Virus record (IMG/VR): IMGVR_UViG_3300030382_001297
Span: 1 to 64,000 of that record
Direction: 5' to 3' (one strand)
DNA: 64,000 nt
Source of the DNA: a virus
Shown here: positions 20,557 to 29,943 of the stretch, in pieces
Numbering within the stretch: the stretch's first letter is position 1
How the letters are laid out: the number at the start of each line of letters is the position of its first letter
Translations under genes and position numbers: made by a program
Notes under the pieces: generated by a model
What the model saw: only the letters and a program-made list of their open reading frames with translations
What the model was told of the DNA's origin: nothing
Database searches by the model: none

Positions 20557-20667
20557 TTATTTATAGTCTATTAAAACACGGTGACCACAAGTGCAATCCT
20601 CGTCGGTGTTGCACTTGCATTCACTTACTGATGATAGTGTCCCAGTAAAGCTTCCTAGCTTTACCAT
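20557..20667 (-). CDS. 36-aa Cys-rich microprotein resembling the capsid N-terminus
   Basis: MVKLGSFTGTLSSVSECKCNTDEDCTCGHRVLIDYK; ATG overlaps the upstream stop (TAATG); below the ORF-track cutoff. Confidence 0.65.
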   Translation of the reverse strand: MVKLGSFTGTLSSVSECKCNTDEDCTCGHRVLIDYK

Positions 20668-20843
20668 TAAAGTGGGGCACCATCTTCATCGCAGACAACG
20701 TCTGCGTAATAACCTGTAGGGATAATATCACTTTTCTTAATTGTCATAAGCTCTCGCTTCTGTAATTCCTTATTAAATCTCCTAACTGTTACCATTGGTA
20801 CTGAAGGCTCAGCCTTCTTTTTTGTTGCTTTTTTTGCTGCCAT
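20667..20843 (-). CDS. Small basic hypothetical protein
   Basis: MAAKKATKKK...; AGGTGA RBS upstream. Confidence 0.6.
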   Translation of the reverse strand: MAAKKATKKKAEPSVPMVTVRRFNKELQKRELMTIKKSDIIPTGYYADVVCDEDGAPL

Positions 20844-20852
20844 CGTTTTCAC

Positions 20853-21005
20853 CTATTGAACTGGAACAACTCTTCCGTCTTTGTATCTTCGTACTAAAAC
20901 CCCTGTTGGAGTCATATCTTCTACAAAGTCGCTTGAAGGGTCTACTTCTTTTTCCACCACTACGGGTGCTTCTTTCTTAGCTGCTTCCTTTTTATCTTTT
21001 GCCAT
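20853..21005 (-). CDS. 50-aa hypothetical protein
   Basis: MAKDKKEAAKKEAPVVVEKEVDPSSDFVEDMTPTGVLVRRYKDGRVVPVQ; tightly packed in the operon. Confidence 0.55.
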   Translation of the reverse strand: MAKDKKEAAKKEAPVVVEKEVDPSSDFVEDMTPTGVLVRRYKDGRVVPVQ

Positions 21006-21007
21006 GA

Positions 21008-21172
21008 TTAATCACTTTTCCTGCTACGTCTAGCGTTTTTCTTTTTCTTCATTTTGTTCGTTGAACGTTCTGGAAGTTTACTCCCCTTCGGAGTCTCCTT
21101 CTCCCATCTCTTCGCCATCTCCGGCTTCTTCTTGTACATCCAACGTCTCTGTGCTTTGCTCTTGAACGGCAT
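21008..21172 (-). CDS. 54-aa highly basic microprotein (MPFKSKAQRRWMY type)
   Basis: GGAGG just upstream; overlaps the 3' end of 21078..21452 in another frame. Confidence 0.65.
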   Translation of the reverse strand: MPFKSKAQRRWMYKKKPEMAKRWEKETPKGSKLPERSTNKMKKKKNARRSRKSD

Positions 21173-21452
21173 CTTCCTCCGGTGTTATCTCCTTGATGTA
21201 TAGTTGCCAGTCTTTGACTAAGTCATTAGATTCCAAGAACTGTTGAAGGATTGTATTGTTTTGTTCTAACGCTCCTCTAAGTTCGTTTATATGACTGTCA
21301 GCACCTTGCATTCTTTCACCAAGTTGTCTGGTTTGCGTAACTAGGAAATTCATGTTATCCATAGTTTGCGCTGGTCCTGAGTTATTCTCAAACTCTTTTA
21401 TCCATTTCTCTACGTCGTTCAAACGCTTATCTACTCTTTTTAATGTTGCCAT
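21078..21452 (-). CDS. Coiled-coil hypothetical protein
   Basis: 124 aa with heptad pattern; GGAG RBS. Confidence 0.6.
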   Translation of the reverse strand: MATLKRVDKRLNDVEKWIKEFENNSGPAQTMDNMNFLVTQTRQLGERMQGADSHINELRGALEQNNTILQQFLESNDLVKDWQLYIKEITPEEDAVQEQSTETLDVQEEAGDGEEMGEGDSEGE

Positions 21453-21465
21453 TGTTCATTTCTCC

Positions 21466-22533
21466 TTAGGCACACCCACATTTTTCAGTGCATATACCAA
21501 GTTGTATTAACTTATCCCTTGAATACCTATTTAAAGCTTTCGACCTAATTAGCTCTATTTGCCGTCCTGCGACGTTTGGGTCGTCAGTATACCAACCATA
21601 ATCTCCTGCTGGTTCATTGTAGATACTGTTGAAGATAAAGTAAATGTCTCGATTGCTATAAGCTGCTGTTATTAGCTCAGTAGCAATTATGTTATTATGT
21701 TCGTGACTGCTATGTCCACGCTCTATATTAAGCTCTATTAGCTTCATTATACATCCCCTTAAAGGCTTTATATAATCATTGCTTATATCAGAGCCTATCT
21801 TAATAGAGCCTGATGCCTTCTCTATTTCATTCAATAAATAATCTATACTATTAGATACTGTATGTTTTATTTCTAATGTATCACAAATAAATTCTACAAA
21901 ATTACGTTGTGCTTTTTTACTTTTCTCTGGAGGTATGGTTGTACCATTATCTTCTTGAGCTAAAGCATACAGTTCTTCTATACTCATTTTCATTATATTA
22001 TCTACAGAAAACTGAGTACACCAAACACCAGTAGGCTCTCCTGTAATCTTAGATATATAAGGTGTGTTAACTATACGTCTCATACAGGACACACTGTTGT
22101 TTATACATATCTCATCTAGTGTTGAAAGGTGGTATTTCTTTTTAAGATGTAAAAGATATTCCTTGATTGACTTACGTTTAAGATGGTCAGGTAAATCTAC
22201 ATAGGTCCAGAAATCTATATTCATCTGAAATCCTTTTCCTCCCGTTAAATATATACGTGGAGTTATCCCTAATGGTTTACAAAATCTTCTTATGAATTTT
22301 CTAACATCCATAAGACATTTCTTAACGTCTTTATTATGGTCAAAGTCAAACCATATGGTATTAAGGACCGCAGATTCATATTTTGATTTTCCATCTTCTT
22401 TCTCTTCTGCGAAAACATATACACTAGAATAACAGTTTTTCTTTCCGCTATACTTCTTTACTTGCTTTTCGATGTCTTCGACTGTTTTGCACTTTGCGAT
22501 TCTTGCTGGGATTCCAAATTCTCTATAATACAT
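21466..22533 (-). CDS. Archaeo-eukaryotic primase: PriS-like catalytic domain fused to a PriL-CTD-like domain
   Basis: WFDFD and YLTGGKGFQ motifs; Cys-containing C-terminus (RGCI...LGICTEKCGC). Confidence 0.78.
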   Translation of the reverse strand: MYYREFGIPARIAKCKTVEDIEKQVKKYSGKKNCYSSVYVFAEEKEDGKSKYESAVLNTIWFDFDHNKDVKKCLMDVRKFIRRFCKPLGITPRIYLTGGKGFQMNIDFWTYVDLPDHLKRKSIKEYLLHLKKKYHLSTLDEICINNSVSCMRRIVNTPYISKITGEPTGVWCTQFSVDNIMKMSIEELYALAQEDNGTTIPPEKSKKAQRNFVEFICDTLEIKHTVSNSIDYLLNEIEKASGSIKIGSDISNDYIKPLRGCIMKLIELNIERGHSSHEHNNIIATELITAAYSNRDIYFIFNSIYNEPAGDYGWYTDDPNVAGRQIELIRSKALNRYSRDKLIQLGICTEKCGCA

Positions 22534-22841
22534 AATTCATTTCTCGTTGGTTCTATAATACCGTCTCCTACTTTTTCCATTACTTCAATGCTTTGACACC
22601 AATCTCTAGGGATTGCTAGTATGTCAATTCCATCTGTATCAGACCAATGCTGTACCAGTATTAAAGCCTTTCGGTCTTTAACTATCAGTTCACCTATAGT
22701 CTCGCATACTGCTAGGTGTTCTTCTGGTTTAGCTGCATTGATTGTGTGTACTTTTATCTGCTGTGCTGCGTCATTCCATGTGACTTTTACTATAGGGCCT
22801 ACCGCCCCAATTCCTCTTGCTTCGTTGTCCATTCTTTCCAT
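22458..22841 (-). CDS. Hypothetical viral protein
   Basis: VKVTWNDA...CETIGELI...IPR pattern, common in phage small proteins. Confidence 0.55.
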   Translation of the reverse strand: MERMDNEARGIGAVGPIVKVTWNDAAQQIKVHTINAAKPEEHLAVCETIGELIVKDRKALILVQHWSDTDGIDILAIPRDWCQSIEVMEKVGDGIIEPTRNELCIIENLESQQESQSAKQSKTSKSK

Positions 22842-23179
22842 TCCTCAAATAACATTGCTATGATACCACAATCTCCAAAGTTTGTGTGGTATTTTGCGTT
22901 AGGTGGTGTTTCATCTACAAATATAGGATTCTTCGGCCTATCAAACAATAACCTATCATAAGGCACTTGCTGTAATTGTAACCACTGTTCTGTTATTAAC
23001 TTCACTTCCAATGTGTTAGGTCGAACACACCATATAGTTATATGATGGTCTCGATTTTTTAACCATTGCATAAATTCAACTACATTCATTAAAGGCTGGG
23101 CGTGTTTCCAAAGTAATTTATCTTCGGGCTTACAGATAACACCGTCTAGTTGAAAAACTAAGTGCATCTTTCCTCCCAT
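22799..23179 (-). CDS. HAD-superfamily phosphatase-like protein
   Basis: FQLDGVIC, ITIWCVR, VPYDRLLFDRPK, IFVDE; the nucleophile Asp position is Gln. Confidence 0.7.
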   Translation of the reverse strand: MGGKMHLVFQLDGVICKPEDKLLWKHAQPLMNVVEFMQWLKNRDHHITIWCVRPNTLEVKLITEQWLQLQQVPYDRLLFDRPKNPIFVDETPPNAKYHTNFGDCGIIAMLFEEWKEWTTKQEELGR

Positions 23180-24651
23180 ACCTTAGCCATTGCTATCCAC
23201 CGCTTATCAACCTGCTTCCAGTCATATTCTTTTAAAACTTTTTTACGGGCTTCTTTACCCATAGTTAAAGCCTTTTTAGGGTTGTGATATATATAATCAC
23301 ATGCATCCGCTATAGCTACTGCGGAACATATTGCTCTCTGAGGAGCAGCTCGATTAGGTGTATCCCACCACATATCTTTATAAGGTAGTAATATACCTGC
23401 TTTACATATATCTTCTTCTATTAATTTATTCCTACCATTTTCCATTTCAGACGTACCGGGTTCTCCTCCTAAAGGATATAAAGGTATATCTGCGGTTTCT
23501 GGGTCTTCTTCTCTAATAATCTCCCATGCTGTTGTATAATTAGTTACAGCTACAGGTACTCCACATGACATTGCTTCTACAGTAGGAATTCCAAAACCTT
23601 CACCAGCAGTAGGTAAAACAAAAAGGTCCATACAATTATATAGATTGGCTAGTCCTTCTTCATCTAATGCTTGTCCTAAATCTAATACACCCATCATAGG
23701 TGGTAGTAAGTATTCTTCTATACCATAGTGTTTTGCATAGTCTGGTAGAGGCCATCCCATTGCATCCTTCCAATCCATATGTAAAATCAATCTAACGTCT
23801 TTAGGTTTTAAATTATTTCTATCTACGAATTCTTTAAATCCTTTCAATAAAATAGGTATATTTTTTCTATGTTGATTTCTTGCGACACACCCCACAACGA
23901 AAGCGTTTCCTGCTAATTCTTTAAGGGGTTTATCACCATACATCGGATTGAGTATAGGTTTAAATACATCTTGAGCATCAACACCATGAGGTATATACCA
24001 AGACTCTTCACAACCTGTAAACTGTTGCTCCATACATAGTTGTCCATATCTAGACATACATATCTTATAATCTATATGGTTTAGTGAGTTTTGCCATGAA
24101 GGTATACATGGTGTTCCATCAAATGGTATAGTAGCTGCCCACTTCCATTTGGTTTTTAATTTAATATCTTTATATATTTTCTTGAACATTTCATTTTGTT
24201 CTTTGTTTGTTGTTCTCTTACCTGTTTCTGGGTTCCATAAAGGAACATTTGCATTAGCGGGTTGTTTATGTGCAGCAACATGACCGAACATTTGAAAATC
24301 TAAATGTGTCCATATTATATCGGGTCTAAAATTCTGACACCATATAGGGAAAGACTTTTCACCAAACTTCTCCTGTCCCGGCGCAGTGATAGGAAGATTT
24401 TCTATAGTATAGGTTTCTCCTTCATAAGGTATCTCATAAGGAGTGTGCTGTGGATTTTGACATCCTCCATATCCTACATGATGACCTTCTCTAGTAAAGA
24501 TAGCTGATACATTTTTAGTATTAGTTCCGAAACCAGTAGGGGCCCATGGGCTGTCCGATATAGGCATTATCCTTAATTTACCCTTCTTTGGTGTGTCCCA
24601 TTTAAACTCGTGTGAGCTGGGGTCATTAGGGTTTTGTAGTTTCTTAGTCAT
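23158..24651 (-). CDS. GT-B glycosyltransferase (GT4-like)
   Basis: SDSPWAPTGFG, IPHGVD, VARNQHRKNI, DLFVLPTAGEGFGIPTVEAMSCGVPV. Confidence 0.9.
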   Translation of the reverse strand: MTKKLQNPNDPSSHEFKWDTPKKGKLRIMPISDSPWAPTGFGTNTKNVSAIFTREGHHVGYGGCQNPQHTPYEIPYEGETYTIENLPITAPGQEKFGEKSFPIWCQNFRPDIIWTHLDFQMFGHVAAHKQPANANVPLWNPETGKRTTNKEQNEMFKKIYKDIKLKTKWKWAATIPFDGTPCIPSWQNSLNHIDYKICMSRYGQLCMEQQFTGCEESWYIPHGVDAQDVFKPILNPMYGDKPLKELAGNAFVVGCVARNQHRKNIPILLKGFKEFVDRNNLKPKDVRLILHMDWKDAMGWPLPDYAKHYGIEEYLLPPMMGVLDLGQALDEEGLANLYNCMDLFVLPTAGEGFGIPTVEAMSCGVPVAVTNYTTAWEIIREEDPETADIPLYPLGGEPGTSEMENGRNKLIEEDICKAGILLPYKDMWWDTPNRAAPQRAICSAVAIADACDYIYHNPKKALTMGKEARKKVLKEYDWKQVDKRWIAMAKVWEERCT

Positions 24652-24658
24652 AAAAATC

Positions 24659-24853
24659 TCACTGTTTTATAGCAATGACATCTCTCTTATTCACTACGAC
24701 TGTACCTTTCTCTCCAGTAAGGTACACAAAATTATCATCGTCGTGTTTTATCATTCCTCTGCCGACCTTAGTCTTTTCCTCTTCTCGCCATACTACTTTA
24801 ACCTCTTTATCTTGTAAAAAAGAAGCAAGTCCTTTACCATCATTTTCGTCCAT
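24659..24853 (-). CDS. Sm/Lsm/Hfq-like small protein
   Basis: 64 aa: helix, KEVKVVW, GMIKHDDDNFVYL, TVVVNKRDVIAI, matching the Sm1/Sm2 pattern; own TATA at ~24932-24944. Confidence 0.55.
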   Translation of the reverse strand: MDENDGKGLASFLQDKEVKVVWREEEKTKVGRGMIKHDDDNFVYLTGEKGTVVVNKRDVIAIKQ

Positions 24854-24950
24854 TATATTTCTCCTTGTCGTCTAAATGGAAGCCAATCTTATGCCTCAAC
24901 TTATAGACTAGAGATATATATGTCGGTGGCCTATATAAAGATTGTGGCAT

Positions 24951-27170
24951 CTATATCCACTCCAATAAGCTCTTTTGTTTCTTATCTAAGACCGTTAATG
25001 GTGGTCTTTTCTTTATCCATTTCTGTAATTGAAACTTATGTAGTAATGTACTAATAGTGTCCCAATAGTATCTCATATCTATCTCATCTATATCTTTGAC
25101 GGTAGATTCTAACTTATAACCTTCTTTAGTTTTAACATAATAATATGTAGTGCCTTCAGTAGGTTCTATACCTATCTTCTCACCCATATCAATCAACTTC
25201 AAAATCAAATCTGTTTCTGATTTGTAGTCTCCTTTTTTACGACCTTGACTCTTTCGCATAACAAAGTCATCTAATTCATATTCTTGTAACTCATATAGTT
25301 TATCAATGAAACTACTGTTAACGGTATTGTTTATACGACTATTTATGATTTTATCCAATACCTTAAGATAGAATTTAGAGCGACTCGTTGCTTTGAATGT
25401 ACTTCCATGTTTGGTCAGACTACCATCTTCATTTCTCAGTACATAATTACCTATTTGAAGCCAAACACCTTCTTTATAGTAGTCTTTATCCATTGAAATA
25501 TGTTCAGACTCAGAATCAGGGACAACATGTTTTAGTAAACTCCTTAATCTTTTTACCAACCATTCGACATCCACATCCACATTAGTATTAATCCCATCTG
25601 TATGTACATATACCACAGCATCTTCTCCATACCTGCCACGGATGATATTGACCCCCGATAAAAGGAGCCATCTGGCAACCGCTGTGATAGTAATACCCAC
25701 AGCCATATCACCATAAGAGATGTAAGGATTAGCGTTTGCACCATAGAATGTATTCACCATTATTTTTAGAGCATTGGACTTGCTCTTATCTTCTTTCGTC
25801 GACCCAAGTTTATAAGGCTTTCGCATTTCGGTAAATTCGGTACACATATTATATAGACAGCTCTTCCGAGACTGGTCTATTTTAACCTTTATTCTTTTAC
25901 CCACCTTGTTATCAGGTACATAAAGTACTCCATCTTTGAATTCTAGTTTCTCATTATAGTCCTCATAACCTATTATTTGAGTAGTATCTGGCCCCAAATT
26001 AAGCGCCATTGAGATAGAGGGATAGAACGCACTAAAGTCTACCTTTATATTCTTCTGATGAAAACCGGGGCGATAAAGCTCTATGTGGGCAGCTTGATAG
26101 TTGCCCCTGTCAGCTTTATATATCTCAGGGTGTCTGTCCTTATTCCTATCAAGCGTTACTATGCTTTGCTCAAATAAGCTCCTCCCTTGTAATATTTTAG
26201 TTATATAACTAGATGGAGCATTGGTATAAGTTGCCAGTGGAACGCATAGTGTCTCAGCGACATACTGAATCTGAGGGAAATAATGGTTGTAAAGATACAT
26301 CGTAGCGTCAACATCACTTAAGACGTATTCGTGTATCTCTTCTATTGAATAATCCAAAAGGTCATTGTTAGCAAAGTCGAGCTCAATAGGCTCTAGTCCA
26401 AAATTCTTTGCTACACTTTTTAAACCTCGTGGTATACCTGATAGGGAGTAATCAAGTCTTGTCCATCTCAGTAAGTCTAGAACTATGCGTCCTCCAGCGT
26501 TCATCTTCAATTCTTTCTGGTCTTTAGGTGGTTCCCATCCCCACTCACTATTATCTCTATTTAATATCTTTTTATATCCTTTAAGGCCATGAAACTTAGC
26601 TCTGTGCAGTATTTGTGGTATATCATAACCTACTAAGTTATATCCACAAATTATATCTGGGTCATAGTCGTGTACATACTCAGCGAACTTCAGTATAACA
26701 TCTCTGTCATCCTCTCCATCCCAAAGTAATACTTCACGCTCTCCAGTAGACGTTACTATTCCTATAGCTACGACAGGATATTTTTCACCAAAAGGAAAAC
26801 CTCCGTCGGGTGAGTGCGTTTCTATATCGAATACGAGACATTTTAAATCATCCGTATTAGGGTATGATTTAAAGAAGTCAGGGTGTTCAATTAAGAGTCG
26901 CTCAAGTAAGGCTTCACGTCCACCATCATAGAGCGCATTCGGTGGCACAGCATCTCTCTTCGGCACGTAATTATGTTTTGAGAGCTTAACGGTTTTGTCA
27001 CTAGCGATGGTCTTATACTCCTCACCAGTTTCATCAGCCGTATAGTAATATGGAATAAGAGGACTCTTAACTGCCTCTGTCTTTCCATTTCGGTATATCT
27101 TAATTTTCAAAGAGCCATCTCTTAAATCAATAGTTCTATGACTAACAGTGGCTATTAGGGGTACATTCAT
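24951..27170 (-). CDS. polB: Family B DNA polymerase
   Basis: ExoI VFDIET, ExoII GYNLVGYDIP, motif A DFSAFYPSI, motif B KIMVNTFYG, motif C YVHTDG. Confidence 0.93.
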   Translation of the reverse strand: MNVPLIATVSHRTIDLRDGSLKIKIYRNGKTEAVKSPLIPYYYTADETGEEYKTIASDKTVKLSKHNYVPKRDAVPPNALYDGGREALLERLLIEHPDFFKSYPNTDDLKCLVFDIETHSPDGGFPFGEKYPVVAIGIVTSTGEREVLLWDGEDDRDVILKFAEYVHDYDPDIICGYNLVGYDIPQILHRAKFHGLKGYKKILNRDNSEWGWEPPKDQKELKMNAGGRIVLDLLRWTRLDYSLSGIPRGLKSVAKNFGLEPIELDFANNDLLDYSIEEIHEYVLSDVDATMYLYNHYFPQIQYVAETLCVPLATYTNAPSSYITKILQGRSLFEQSIVTLDRNKDRHPEIYKADRGNYQAAHIELYRPGFHQKNIKVDFSAFYPSISMALNLGPDTTQIIGYEDYNEKLEFKDGVLYVPDNKVGKRIKVKIDQSRKSCLYNMCTEFTEMRKPYKLGSTKEDKSKSNALKIMVNTFYGANANPYISYGDMAVGITITAVARWLLLSGVNIIRGRYGEDAVVYVHTDGINTNVDVDVEWLVKRLRSLLKHVVPDSESEHISMDKDYYKEGVWLQIGNYVLRNEDGSLTKHGSTFKATSRSKFYLKVLDKIINSRINNTVNSSFIDKLYELQEYELDDFVMRKSQGRKKGDYKSETDLILKLIDMGEKIGIEPTEGTTYYYVKTKEGYKLESTVKDIDEIDMRYYWDTISTLLHKFQLQKWIKKRPPLTVLDKKQKSLLEWI

Positions 27171-27421
27171 GACGCAGGTAACTCCTTAATATCATCATCT
27201 TCAGTTACTTCCCACATCTGTATCAAACCAATGGCATCACGCACAGCGTTAGCCATAGAGGAATGATACATAAACATTGCTTTACTTTCTTCATCTCCTA
27301 GTATATCTGATTTAACTTCTTCAGCTATCGACTCATGGAAGTTAACGCAGTGGTATAAAAGGTCTATCCATTGTTCACGTTCTTTATCGGTATTAACTTT
27401 TAATGTTTTTATCTCACTCAT
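27167..27421 (-). CDS. Hypothetical protein
   Basis: 84-aa ORF coupled to both neighbours. Confidence 0.55.
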   Translation of the reverse strand: MSEIKTLKVNTDKEREQWIDLLYHCVNFHESIAEEVKSDILGDEESKAMFMYHSSMANAVRDAIGLIQMWEVTEDDDIKELPAS

Positions 27422-27792
27422 CTATCGTCGCCATCACCCTTTATGGTGTCTTTCACCATGCGTTGATTGAGTTTGTCTATATTGTTTATCATAACGTCAT
27501 AGAAAGTTATTCCTAGTACGTCTAATATGCGTGTGTAGTACCATAAAACATCTCCTAACTCAGACTCCATCGCCTTATTAAAATCTTGTACTACCATCAT
27601 ATCTCCTCTAAGATGTTTCTTAAATTTTCCTAGTACTTCACCCACTTCATTTGCTAGCCCTATCATTAGGTATTCCATTTCTACTTCTTTAGGATACTGG
27701 GCTGTAGTTCTTGTGAACTCTTTATATGTTTCTTCCCATCCTAGATTGATAGTCATGCCCTGTGGCTCTTTCTTCTTTTCTTCTTTCACCAT
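27418..27792 (-). CDS. MazG-like NTP pyrophosphohydrolase
   Basis: GLANEVGEVLGKFKKHLR, ELGDVLWY, NIDKLNQR...IKGDGDDR. Confidence 0.88.
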   Translation of the reverse strand: MVKEEKKKEPQGMTINLGWEETYKEFTRTTAQYPKEVEMEYLMIGLANEVGEVLGKFKKHLRGDMMVVQDFNKAMESELGDVLWYYTRILDVLGITFYDVMINNIDKLNQRMVKDTIKGDGDDR

Positions 27793-28106
27793 ATGTTCAT
27801 CTCCTCTGGTATTATATCTCTATTTAAAATCCATTTTCTCTCTGTTGGTAAATATCTATGTACTAAATCAGCCTTGTGTTCTGCTTGTACCACCCACGGC
27901 TTAACAAGTATAAGGTCTCTTTCTCTTACCCACATTCTCCTTTTAAATTTACCACCTATTCTAACCATGCGTATCTTTCCATCTTCACACATAGCTAAAA
28001 GTCTCGAACCCCCAGACATCTCACGGACAACAGCGAACTGTTCATTTTTCACTGGTAATTTAACCTTTCTTGTAATGTGTCCTGATGGCTTTGGTTTCTT
28101 TTTCAT
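27786..28106 (-). CDS. eif1a: Translation initiation factor 1A (aIF-1A/eIF1A family)
   Basis: KLPVKNEQFAVVREMSGGSRL...CEDGKIRMVRIGGKFKRRMWVRERDLILVKPW...KADLVHRY; start probably 28106 (track gives 28124). Confidence 0.9.
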   Translation of the reverse strand: MKKKPKPSGHITRKVKLPVKNEQFAVVREMSGGSRLLAMCEDGKIRMVRIGGKFKRRMWVRERDLILVKPWVVQAEHKADLVHRYLPTERKWILNRDIIPEEMNIW

Positions 28107-29532
28107 TGTAATCTCCTTCTGCATTTAATAGAAAGGACTCGTAGTCCTTAATCTCTGAATCCCGTTTGGTTTTAAAAACCTTTGGGTAATCCATTTTCTC
28201 TACTTCTGTGGCTTTCTTTGCTCTCGAACCCAACTCAACGTTGTCGCCAGTAAACGGGTCAACAATTTTAATATCGCTACAAAAGCGCCCATTGTACTCG
28301 CTAGCCACGGTAGTCCAGTTCTCTGCCATAAACTTTTTTGTTTCTTCAACTAACTCACTCCATTTTATTTTTGCCACTGGTTCGTCTATCAGTGGACTTT
28401 TGTAATACATACGCTTACCCTTTTCATCATCCATCTCTAAGAACCCTGTCATAACTAAACCCATTAAGATAGGGTCCAGTTTAGTGAAAGGTAGTCCTAC
28501 AGCCTTAGCCGCTTTCTTTATCTCATTGGTAGACATTCTTATTGTCTCTCCATCTGCAAAACCAAATCTATCTAATCTTGTGTCAGGAAACAACTTAAGT
28601 ATGTCTGTTCCATGAGCTGGCATATGTAAACATTCTTCTACAAAGGAATTAAGATATATACGCAACCCTAACCAATTATGTTTAGGTGTTACCATTCCAT
28701 ATTCAATTCCATCTCTTTCTACCTTCAGTATCTCATCAGGATAGAACCTCGCAACTGCATTAATTAATTTTAATAAGTATTGAACCTTTGACCTTGATAC
28801 AGGGAAGGCACTAGGGATTGCATCAAACAAAAAGGGTGCGCAGGGATTCTTAAGCTTAATAGCCTTCTCTTCATCTCTGTTCACAATCACATCTAATATA
28901 TGTCTGCGTAAGCCCTCTATCTCTTCATCATCCATAGTAGTCATGTCTGACATAGGAGAAGCGGCTTCTTTCAGTTTATGTTTGATTACTCTCTCTGTCT
29001 GTATCACAGTAGGGTTAGTATGCATTATCATACATCTACGCTCCAACTCTGCGTCGAAATAAGCTGAACCCTTTGTGTTCTCTACTGCCACACACATAAA
29101 GACATACTTAGGATTCAGTGTTTGTTTTACTGTTTCTCCTATTGTTATATCTGTTTTCTTTCTGAAAGCGGCTCTATTATCACCCCAAGTCTTTATCACT
29201 TCCATAATTCCTTCGGGTAACTTTTGAGCTTCTGGTATAGCTACAAATCTTGAACGATTAATTTTGTCAGACTCATACCATACTGCTGTCTCAGACATAT
29301 GTTCTATTGTGTGATAGAACTCATCAGGCAACAGACCAAAGATAGCATCCATGATGACTGTCTTACCTGTGCCCGAATAAGCTTTAATAACAAAGTTAGT
29401 ATCTTCTAAAAGATATGATAAACATGCTGTTAAAGCTGTTGCATCCTCTCCTAAGATAGGATTAAGGTCTCCTTTCCTATTCTTTACATTGTGGAAATAT
29501 CTTGTTAAATCATGAACTTCATATTTTTTCAT
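28060..29532 (-). CDS. P-loop AAA+ ATPase, putative replicative helicase
   Basis: Walker A AYSGTGKT, ELERR arginine-finger-like motif, C-terminal winged-helix-like segment; lies in the replication module. Confidence 0.6.
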   Translation of the reverse strand: MKKYEVHDLTRYFHNVKNRKGDLNPILGEDATALTACLSYLLEDTNFVIKAYSGTGKTVIMDAIFGLLPDEFYHTIEHMSETAVWYESDKINRSRFVAIPEAQKLPEGIMEVIKTWGDNRAAFRKKTDITIGETVKQTLNPKYVFMCVAVENTKGSAYFDAELERRCMIMHTNPTVIQTERVIKHKLKEAASPMSDMTTMDDEEIEGLRRHILDVIVNRDEEKAIKLKNPCAPFLFDAIPSAFPVSRSKVQYLLKLINAVARFYPDEILKVERDGIEYGMVTPKHNWLGLRIYLNSFVEECLHMPAHGTDILKLFPDTRLDRFGFADGETIRMSTNEIKKAAKAVGLPFTKLDPILMGLVMTGFLEMDDEKGKRMYYKSPLIDEPVAKIKWSELVEETKKFMAENWTTVASEYNGRFCSDIKIVDPFTGDNVELGSRAKKATEVEKMDYPKVFKTKRDSEIKDYESFLLNAEGDYNEKETKAIRTHYKKG

Positions 29533-29622
29533 TTATTTACTCTCCATAAATAATATTCAAGCATTAAGAAAGACCACACTATACTAAAGAATATTAAATC
29601 CAAGTGATTGGGGCTTTCATAA

Positions 29623-29907
29623 TCAGTCCAGTTCAACGTGATTCCTCCAATTAGCCAACCATGAAGGGGGTAGACGAGACTTATCTTCATATGCTTCATC
29701 TACTTCTCCATCACAGCCAACCTTTCTGAATGATAACCTATACCATTCAACTATCCATTTCTCTATATTATTTGCTGAGAGAGGTTCACACTCTTCATCT
29801 TCAAACATCTTCCTACTCTCTGCATATATCTTTTCATATAAATACTCATTGAGTTTCATTATAATATTTTCTCCACAATAAGTATAAGAAGGCCATCGCT
29901 GGCCCAT
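29623..29907 (-). CDS. Hypothetical protein
   Basis: ORF in a co-directional operon. Confidence 0.45.
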   Translation of the reverse strand: MGQRWPSYTYCGENIIMKLNEYLYEKIYAESRKMFEDEECEPLSANNIEKWIVEWYRLSFRKVGCDGEVDEAYEDKSRLPPSWLANWRNHVELD

Positions 29908-29943
29908 CTAATATCGCAAATAATGTTATCCATTCCATTAATG

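Noticed and set aside
18626-27170. Inteins or introns in RNR, primase or PolB
   Set aside because: Protein lengths are compact and no intein splice motifs or LAGLIDADG blocks were seen.
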